Source: Patescibacteria group bacterium
GTDB taxonomy: Bacteria; Patescibacteriota; Minisyncoccia; Phycocordibacterales; UBA1550
NCBI GenBank assembly: GCA_038057125.1
Contig: JBBUDU010000002.1
Location: forward strand, 85,240 to 149,239
DNA: 64,000 nt
Reading direction: 5' to 3'
Shown: piece after piece, positions 18,466-24,818 of the stretch
How positions within the stretch are numbered: the stretch's first letter is position 1
Layout: each line of letters begins with the position of its first letter
The notes under the pieces: generated by a model
What the model was told of the DNA's origin: nothing
Databases searched by the model: none
Seen by the model: only the letters and a program-made list of their open reading frames with translations
Made by a program: the position numbers and the translations under genes

Positions 18466-18536
18466 TGCGGGATGGGAGAATCGAACTCCCGCCAAGAGTT
18501 TGGAAAACTCCTATTCTACCATTAAACTAATCCCGC
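18466..18536 (-). tRNA. tRNA-Gly (anticodon UCC)
   Basis: Hand-folded 71 nt: acceptor GCGGGAT/ATCCCGC, D arm GTTT-AATGGTA-GAAT, anticodon arm GGAGT-TTTCCAA-ACTCT, T arm GGGAG-TTCGATT-CTCCC. CCA is not encoded. Confidence 0.9.
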
Positions 18537-18636
18537 GATTAAAACCTCTCAAGACAATAGCAAAAGCACAGATGTTTCGCAAATATGTCCCCAAAACATC
18601 TGTACTACTACATACTACGACTGAAAGCCTGCCACT

Positions 18637-19521
18637 CTACCCAACAATCGATCGCACCTTCGTCACGATCTCGTCAAGCGTGAAGTTTGCCTTTACCATA
18701 AAGTCTTTTGCTCCAAGCGCCATTGCTTTATCGAGGTCTTCTTTCTGACCAAGGTTGCTCAAAATAACAACGGGAACGTCCATAATCTTTGGATCTGCTT
18801 TAATCCGCGCAAGAATTTCAAATCCATCTGTGCCGGGTAAAATAAGGTCACAGAGAATCATATTTGGCTTACGCTCAGACAAAATTGCAAACGCCGCCAC
18901 TGCGTCAATTGCGTTTTGAACATCAAACCCCTCACTCGCAAGCTTGCGCACCAAAAGCTCGCGCAAAAATTTGTCATCCTCAATAACAAGGATAAACTTT
19001 TTTTTGCCACCAGTTGATGGTGTTGTAACATCTGTCACGCCTTGCGACATTTTATAGACTGGGGCCTCTGCCACGGCTTCTGAAACCCCTGAGCTGTTTA
19101 CATTTTGTGTGCGCACACCCCATTCCCCTCTAGGAGCCGCGGCAACTCCTCCGAGTACGCGCTCTACTTTTTCAAGGACTTCGTTTGGGTCAAACACTGC
19201 TTTGATCAAAAATTCTCGCGCGCCAAGCTCTTGTGCTCGCTTTATCTCCACTGGTTGACCGGAATTTGAAATAATAATAACTGGAATATCGCGAAGTGTT
19301 GGATCTGCATGTATCTCTTCCAATACCTCAATACCACCCTTGCGCGGCATAAGGATATCCAAGAGCACGCAATCAGGCCTGACGGCGCGAATCTTTTCTA
19401 TGGCGACAATACCGTCCTCTGCTATGTCCACAACATAACCGCTCTTTTCAAGTTTTTGTGCAAGGACATCACGGAGTACCGCGTCGTCTTCCACAATGAT
19501 AATTCTTTTTTTCTCTTCCAT
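18637..19521 (-). CDS. response regulator with two receiver domains and no output domain
   Basis: Two REC modules (IIIVEDDAVLRD...VLLDILMPRKGG and ILVIEDDKFLRE...ILCDLILPGTDG). Confidence 0.85.
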   Translation of the reverse strand: MEEKKRIIIVEDDAVLRDVLAQKLEKSGYVVDIAEDGIVAIEKIRAVRPDCVLLDILMPRKGGIEVLEEIHADPTLRDIPVIIISNSGQPVEIKRAQELGAREFLIKAVFDPNEVLEKVERVLGGVAAAPRGEWGVRTQNVNSSGVSEAVAEAPVYKMSQGVTDVTTPSTGGKKKFILVIEDDKFLRELLVRKLASEGFDVQNAIDAVAAFAILSERKPNMILCDLILPGTDGFEILARIKADPKIMDVPVVILSNLGQKEDLDKAMALGAKDFMVKANFTLDEIVTKVRSIVG

Positions 19522-19612
19522 GATGATTCTGTGTTATTGAGGGTACTATTATTATAGTATAAAATTGATGTCTACGCTATCAAATTAACCTTCTGTATTA
19601 CTCCTGATCGCA

Positions 19613-21517
19613 TCATATGTTCTCTTTTTCTACCGCTTTTACCAACTCTCTTGGTAAAAGTTTTGCGATGACCGGAACCACAATAGTAAACGTTGTGCCT
19701 CCCCCCTCCACTGAATCAACCCAAATTTGCCCACCGTGTCTCATAATGATACTTTTCACGATAAACAAACCGAGTCCGGAGCCATCTGTTTGCAAGTGAA
19801 TAACGTTTGAGGCACGGAAGAATTTTGAAAACAGTTTCGCTATGTCTGCCTTTGGAATACCGACTCCGGAGTCGCTTACTTTCACTTCTACGAAGTCCCC
19901 TTTCTTTTCAACAGCTATCGTAACTTTCCCACCGGGCAATGTGTACTTCATCGCATTGTCAACGATGTTTTGAAAAGCAATAAGAAGTTTCTCGGGATCG
20001 AATGAAAAGTTATGAATATCTCCTGCGTGATTCACAAACTGTACTTCAACATTGCGCTCCTTTGAAGGGAGCTCTGTGTTTTCAACGAGGGTATTCAAGA
20101 GCTTCATAAAATCATTCTCTTCAAAATTATAACCAAACATTCCATTCTCAATACGCGAAACATTCAAGAGGTCGTTCACCAACTGAATCATTTTTTCGTT
20201 CGTCTCATACCCGCGCTTTAGCATCCCCTTTTGGTCATCATTTATTGCACCCAAATCCCCGTCGAGCAGAAGCTTGAGCACCCATTTTACGCCAGAAAGC
20301 GGCGTGCGGAGCTGATGCGCAGCTATGGAAATAAAATCAGACTTCAGTCTGTCAATCTCGCCCAAGTTTACCACCATCGAGTTGAACACATCTCCAAACT
20401 GCCCAATCTCATCGTTTGAGGTATGTTCTACTTTTTGACTAAGGTCTCCATCCGCAATCTTTCGCGCAACAAATGAATATCGTCGAATAGGCCCCACTAC
20501 TTGTCGTTCAAGGATTATCGAGAGCACAATCACGAGTATAGATGTAAAGACAACGCCGACACCGAGCAACCGGACACGAAATCCGCTGACACGGTTCTCA
20601 TAAGCGCTCTTCAATAAATGAGACTCCGACACGCCGACGATGCGAGAACCTTTTGCATTTTCAATCTTTATTGGTTTCACATACACGACAACCTCGTGTC
20701 CTTCGTGAATGCGTTCGTATTGCATGCTTTCTTTCGCTCCGGTCGCTATGTCGCGACGCGCTTGTATTTGTTCTTGGGTATCATTATCAAATTTTCTTGC
20801 GCCTTGTCCCATGTTTGCGAGAACATTAAGACTCGTATCGAGGACGACAAAATCGTGAAAAAACCCAAATTCGTCAGTTTTATTTATTTTCCCAAGCTGA
20901 GAAGCATCGTCAATAATTTTTTGCAGATACTGTGATCCGTCCTCAATTGCAATGTTTATTGCTCGTGTACTTTGCTCGACACTGGCTGAAGCAAGGTCTA
21001 GTAAACGTCTTGCCTCCAAAACGTCTTGCGAACTCTTAGACCTAGTCTTTACCTCTGTTTCAATAATATTAATAATATTATTATTGCCATCAAAAACTGG
21101 TGCGTAATGTTCAATCCTGTAATAATTTTCGTTTGTATTTGTTTTTGAAACAACCGCCTTGTTTTTAACAACCTCATTAATGGCCGCAAGTTTTGCCGCT
21201 ATGTCTTGCGGTGCGTCGCTTGAACGGGTTGTGGCAACATCAACTCCCTTTGTATCCAAAACTTCTATGTAGTTTACTCCGGAGATACGGCTTGCAAGTG
21301 TGTCTACAATCTCTTGAAGCGATCCCTTCTGTGCCGAAATCTGCGTAAACATACGTTCTACGTCTTTACGAACCAAATCTGTAACAGTACTGGTGTTGTT
21401 GATAACTTCGGTTTTTATATTTTTTGACTCAATTGTATCAATGATCCAAAATCCAAGAGTAAGAATGGTAACGACGACCACAACGAGCACAAGATTTATT
21501 TTTGTACCAAGCTTCAT
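19613..21517 (-). CDS. sensor histidine kinase (TM-sensor-TM-HAMP-HisKA-HATPase)
   Basis: HAMP (IADGDLSQKVEHTSNDEIGQF), H-box SIAAHQLRTPL, ATP-binding DSGVGIP / GSGLGLFIVKSI. Confidence 0.88.
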   Translation of the reverse strand: MKLGTKINLVLVVVVVTILTLGFWIIDTIESKNIKTEVINNTSTVTDLVRKDVERMFTQISAQKGSLQEIVDTLASRISGVNYIEVLDTKGVDVATTRSSDAPQDIAAKLAAINEVVKNKAVVSKTNTNENYYRIEHYAPVFDGNNNIINIIETEVKTRSKSSQDVLEARRLLDLASASVEQSTRAINIAIEDGSQYLQKIIDDASQLGKINKTDEFGFFHDFVVLDTSLNVLANMGQGARKFDNDTQEQIQARRDIATGAKESMQYERIHEGHEVVVYVKPIKIENAKGSRIVGVSESHLLKSAYENRVSGFRVRLLGVGVVFTSILVIVLSIILERQVVGPIRRYSFVARKIADGDLSQKVEHTSNDEIGQFGDVFNSMVVNLGEIDRLKSDFISIAAHQLRTPLSGVKWVLKLLLDGDLGAINDDQKGMLKRGYETNEKMIQLVNDLLNVSRIENGMFGYNFEENDFMKLLNTLVENTELPSKERNVEVQFVNHAGDIHNFSFDPEKLLIAFQNIVDNAMKYTLPGGKVTIAVEKKGDFVEVKVSDSGVGIPKADIAKLFSKFFRASNVIHLQTDGSGLGLFIVKSIIMRHGGQIWVDSVEGGGTTFTIVVPVIAKLLPRELVKAVEKENI

Positions 21518-21576
21518 ATTACTTTACAGTATACACCACTAATGGAGAAAAATGATTGGTGACATGTGGAGAATTG

Positions 21577-21668
21577 TGCCCTCATGAGGAGTCTGCCAAG
21601 CGCTCGCTCGACCCGTTTTGTTAAACGGGTAAACCCGAGCTCACTTTCGACTCCTCGTTCGCGCTACA
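21577..21668. other. degenerate tRNA-end-derived element next to tRNA-Arg(CCG)
   Basis: Starts with a 17-nt copy (TGCCCTCATGAGGAGTC) of the tRNA-Arg(CCG) 3' end. Contains GCGCTCGCTCGACCC, a hairpin ACCCGTTT-TGTT-AAACGGGT, and an inverted T-loop copy TTTCGACTCCTC. There is no closing acceptor complement. Confidence 0.45.
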
Positions 21669-21712
21669 AAAACATACTCCAAAAATGCTTCGCATTTGTT
21701 TCGTTCTTTTTG

Positions 21713-21784
21713 TGCCCTCATGAGGAGTCGAACCTCAATTACAAGCTTCGGAAGCTTGTGTCCTATCCGTTGAACGATAAGGGC
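21713..21784 (-). tRNA. tRNA-Arg (anticodon CCG)
   Basis: Hand-folded 72 nt: acceptor GCCCTTA/TGAGGGC, anticodon arm CAAGC-TTCCGAA-GCTTG, T arm TGAGG-TTCGACT-CCTCA. Confidence 0.88.
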
Positions 21785-21835
21785 TTTTTGGTACTGTGGT
21801 CCGTTGTACCACGAGCGCAGGTTTGGAAAAGTAGA

Positions 21836-22915
21836 CTAATTAATCTCAATGTCGATATGCCGCACCGTGGGTATTTCTTTTTTAATCCGCGCCTCAAGCT
21901 CGTCGATGCGCGTACCGATAACGCGCGGCACACGATCGGTAAACTCCACGCAAAAGCGCACAAACTCCTGATAGTCCTCTTTTGCGATTTCATAATCCTC
22001 TTTTAGCATTACACCATTTGAAACTTCTCGAAAAAGAGCCGAGCCATTTATCTCCACCTCGCACTTTGCTCGATATTTTCCAAGCTCCACGACAGATGAT
22101 TTAAAATCGTACACACGCTCAATCATTGGGTCAGATACGAGCATTTCAATAATACGATCTTTCACTTCTTCAGGAATTGATTTCTCCACTAAAAAACGTT
22201 TATTTTTTAATATCAAAACTACCGCGACCCAAGCCAAAAGCCCGCCGATAACAATAGAACCCATTGCGTCCCAAACAGGGTTGCCGGTAACGTACGAGAG
22301 TCCGACAGAAACAGTGGCGACAAAAATGCCAAATACAGCAACACCATCTTCATACACAACAGCAAGAACCGTCGGGTCGCCATCGCGAAGCGTGTCGCCA
22401 AGCGTTGTCCCGTCCCCTCTCTGGCTCCGCAATTCACGAAATGCAATCAAAAATGTAATAAGCTCAACAATAAACGAAATTGCAAGAATAAAAAATATTA
22501 TCGGTTCAAACACAAGCTCACTTGGACTAAAGAGTGTTGAAACACCGTGGTATATAGTAATACCGGCGCCTACAAAGAAAACTCCGCAGGCTGAAATAAG
22601 CGCCCAAAAGAAACGTTCTAGTCCGTATCCATAAGAAGAGTCCTCGTCTGGAGCACGACGGCTCTTCACAATACCAACCATCAGAAGCGCTTGATTGGCC
22701 GTGTCTGCAAAACTATGCACGGCCTCAGAAAAAAGAGAGCTCGACCCTGAGATGGCAAAACCAATGGTTTTAAGGATCGTAATAACAAAATTACCCAAAA
22801 GTGCCGCAATAACTGAAACAAAGCCGGGCTCACGTCTGTGGATAACTGACGATTTACCAAATTTCATGGCTTGGCCATGAATTATTCCACTATTAAGTTT
22901 TTCTTTTTTCTTCAT
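21836..22915 (-). CDS. cation diffusion facilitator (CDF) family transporter
   Basis: 359 aa with six TM helices, a HSFADTANQ motif in TM2, and a C-terminal cytoplasmic domain. Confidence 0.85.
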   Translation of the reverse strand: MKKKEKLNSGIIHGQAMKFGKSSVIHRREPGFVSVIAALLGNFVITILKTIGFAISGSSSLFSEAVHSFADTANQALLMVGIVKSRRAPDEDSSYGYGLERFFWALISACGVFFVGAGITIYHGVSTLFSPSELVFEPIIFFILAISFIVELITFLIAFRELRSQRGDGTTLGDTLRDGDPTVLAVVYEDGVAVFGIFVATVSVGLSYVTGNPVWDAMGSIVIGGLLAWVAVVLILKNKRFLVEKSIPEEVKDRIIEMLVSDPMIERVYDFKSSVVELGKYRAKCEVEINGSALFREVSNGVMLKEDYEIAKEDYQEFVRFCVEFTDRVPRVIGTRIDELEARIKKEIPTVRHIDIEIN

Positions 22916-22950
22916 ACATCGCTCTTACGAGCTCTTCCGGTTAAAGCCCT

Positions 22951-23123
22951 TGTCGGGGTGCCCTATGTCCAAGACAAGATTCTACTGAATCTGAATCCCC
23001 GCCTGCCACCGCCCAAAGTTACATAAGTAAAATACAACACCGCCATTTATATTCCAACTGTTTGTAGTATTGAAACTAACCCAATTTGCGGTTAGGCTTT
23101 GGCGGGCAGGGAACTCGGCCTAT
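22951..23123 (-). pseudogene. tRNA-Pro 3'-part pseudo-copy interrupted in the T-loop
   Basis: TGTCGGGGTGCC (22951-22962) and GAACTCGGCCTAT (23111-23123) are exact copies of 23259-23270 and 23278-23290. They are separated by 148 nt instead of 7 nt. Confidence 0.55.
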
Positions 23124-23260
23124 TTTGACGAGAGAGGAGCGTGTGGAAGTGTACCCACTTACACAACGTCCGAGCGATGTTAAAATATTGTACCCGTTAT
23201 ATCTAAATTTCTTATGGAAATTTCCACGGAAGCATCCAATGCTTCCGATTAAAAACTGTG

Positions 23261-23331
23261 TCGGGGTGCCGAGAATCGAACTCGGCCTATCTGCTCCCAA
23301 AGCAGACGTACTACCGATATACTACACCCCG
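23261..23331 (-). tRNA. tRNA-Pro (anticodon UGG)
   Basis: Hand-folded 71 nt: acceptor CGGGGTG/CACCCCG, anticodon arm TCTGC-TTTGGGA-GCAGA, T arm CCGAG-TTCGATT-CTCGG. Confidence 0.88.
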
Positions 23332-23344
23332 ACACAATTTTTAA

Positions 23345-23460
23345 TCCCAAAGCAGACGTACTACCGATATATAACTGAATACAATATATTCTGCGCTCGC
23401 TCGGAAATTAAAACTTGCTAGTTTTATTTCGCTCACTCGCTTGAATATACTACACCCCGA
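23345..23460 (-). pseudogene. tRNA-Pro 5'-half pseudo-copy with a 73-nt insertion in the D-loop
   Basis: A 27-nt exact copy (23345-23371 = 23295-23321) and a 16-nt exact copy (23445-23460 = 23317-23332). ATATA is present on both sides of the insert but only once in the intact gene. Confidence 0.6.
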
Positions 23461-23508
23461 TTTAAACTGTAAGTCATATCTTTAGTCTCGCGTGAAACCG
23501 TTACGGAA

Positions 23509-23991
23509 CTATAGCACGATATTATCTAAAAATCTAATGCGCGCTCGTCGATTTTTTGCGTCAATCTCCACCGTAATAGCATCAAAAATCCATTCAGGCT
23601 CCCCTTTTGGGTACTTTTCAAGCAAGTAAACTTGAATTGTCCGTGCCAGTCTCTTCAGTTTATGCTGGTGAATGTTATCTTCTGGTCGATAACTGTCCGT
23701 TACTGAATTAGCAAATTCTGAGTCAGCAGACTTCACGCCTGGGGCGCAGACCCTTGGGCGCAGGGAAACATTCACCTTATTACATAGGTCCGACCTATGT
23801 AAATTTTCACGTGAAACACTTTTTACCTCAATAAAATGGAGGATTTTACCTTTTTTGGCAATAATATCGATTTCCCCACATTTTTTAAGATAATTTTGCC
23901 CAATTACTAAAAACCCCTTATTTTGTAAGTATTTTACGGCAATATCCTCCCCCAAACGCCCTATTTTCTGCTTTTCTGTAGGTTCAGCCAT
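23509..23991 (-). CDS. yraN: YraN-family (UPF0102) endonuclease-like protein with ~35-aa internal extra segment
   Basis: GRLGEDIAVKYL...CGEIDIIAKKGKILHFIEVKS ... FDAITVEID. The track start is a TTG; the ATG at 23991 is preferred. Confidence 0.75.
   Translation of the reverse strand: MAEPTEKQKIGRLGEDIAVKYLQNKGFLVIGQNYLKKCGEIDIIAKKGKILHFIEVKSVSRENLHRSDLCNKVNVSLRPRVCAPGVKSADSEFANSVTDSYRPEDNIHQHKLKRLARTIQVYLLEKYPKGEPEWIFDAITVEIDAKNRRARIRFLDNIVL
23803..23818. promoter_or_regulatory. parS-like site (14/16 to TGTTTCACGTGAAACA) inside yraN
   Basis: ATTTTCACGTGAAACA; its palindromic core encodes VSRE in the yraN frame. Confidence 0.4.
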
Positions 23992-24038
23992 TACTACACA
24001 ATTATACCCAATGTTCAATGATTAACATAAAAAGAGTG

Positions 24039-24054
24039 TATTTCACGTGAAACA
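24039..24054. promoter_or_regulatory. parS-like site (15/16 to consensus)
   Basis: TATTTCACGTGAAACA, intergenic, upstream of yraN. Confidence 0.6.
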
Positions 24055-24359
24055 CCTCGTTTTTAGACTATATTTAGGTCGAAAACAAGCATTTTTCTAA
24101 AAACTCCATATTTATCAAGGGTTTCTTGGGTTTTAGGTGACAATTTTCCAATGTCTTGAATCTTAGTCTACTGGCTTTTTATGTCCTTTATCAACAGTAT
24201 CCACATAGTTATCCACAGTTTTGAGCTTTTTTCCCCATATTTTCCCGCTTCTGACCGTTGACAGGCTGTGTCAGAATAGTGGTTTTTGTGAAAAATGTCC
24301 TTTACAAAAAACTTATTGTACTGGTGCGGCTCTCGATAACGAACAATTGATTTTTTATT

Positions 24360-24433
24360 TGGTGCGGGTACGGAGAATCGAACTCCGATCTCGTCCTTGG
24401 CAAGGACGCGTTCTACCACTAAACCATACCCGC
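24360..24433 (-). tRNA. tRNA-Gly (anticodon GCC), CCA encoded
   Basis: Hand-folded: acceptor GCGGGTA/TACCCGC, anticodon arm CGTCC-TTGCCAA-GGACG, T arm CGGAG-TTCGATT-CTCCG, 3' ACCA. Confidence 0.9.
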
Positions 24434-24477
24434 AAACTTTCTCAACCATTATACATTTTTTTTATCTTTTTGGAAGA

Positions 24478-24618
24478 GCGCCCGGAGGGATCGGTCACGA
24501 ATATTTTTCTTGTCGTCACAAGAAAAATTTCTCGACCCCGACTCGCCCGTTTTTTCTGCTGAAAAAACATGGCTCCGTCTTTCGATTTACTCACGCGAGC
24601 TTTGCTCGCTCGGGCGCA
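24478..24618. other. tRNA-end-bounded structured element, Arg(UCG) locus (141 nt)
   Basis: The 5' GCGCCCG... pairs with ...CGGGCGC at the 3' end; these are direct and inverted copies of the tRNA-Arg(UCG) 3' end. It shares the blocks TCGGTCACGA, TCTCGACCCCG, CTCGCC, ATGGCTCCG and CTTTCGATT with Gly unit B. The hairpins between the blocks differ in sequence. Confidence 0.6.
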
Positions 24619-24620
24619 GA

Positions 24621-24654
24621 AATAATAAAAACCCCATCAGGGGTTTTTATTATT
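24621..24654 (-). terminator. hairpin between tRNA-Arg(UCG) and the element
   Basis: AATAATAAAAACCCC-ATCA-GGGGTTTTTATTATT. Confidence 0.6.
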
Positions 24655-24656
24655 TG

Positions 24657-24729
24657 TGCGCCCGGAGGGAATCGAACCCCCAACCCCTTGGTTCGAAGCC
24701 AAGTACTCTATCCGTTGAGCTACGGGCGC
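24657..24729 (-). tRNA. tRNA-Arg (anticodon UCG)
   Basis: Hand-folded 73 nt: acceptor GCGCCCG/CGGGCGC, anticodon arm CTTGG-CTTCGAA-CCAAG, T arm GGGGG-TTCGATT-CCCTC. Confidence 0.9.
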
Positions 24730-24818
24730 AAAAATTTGACAGGTTTCTCGTGAAACCTACACAGAGAGCATACCGCAAATTGGTAAAAAAGCCAAAAATA
24801 CACTAGACTATAACCTAT

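Noticed and set aside
18111-18748. Track ORFs of 78 and 144 aa both starting MCSCEYTLRALSTLDP
   Set aside because: They read through the duplicated tRNA-linked elements and the tRNA-Gly gene. The identical N-termini simply reflect the 81-nt repeat.
22916-23260. 340-nt non-coding gap upstream of the CDF gene as a candidate housekeeping ncRNA (RNase P/tmRNA size)
   Set aside because: No conserved ncRNA motifs were found by eye on either strand. The content is better explained by a tRNA-Pro 3' pseudo-copy with an insert, plus the tRNA terminator.
21566-24806. Several 75-146 aa ORFs (21566-22006, 23086-23421, 24168-24449, 24221-24562, 24397-24753, 24510-24806)
   Set aside because: All run across tRNA genes, tRNA fragments or hairpins, or antisense to the CDF gene. 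They have low-complexity, atypical composition.
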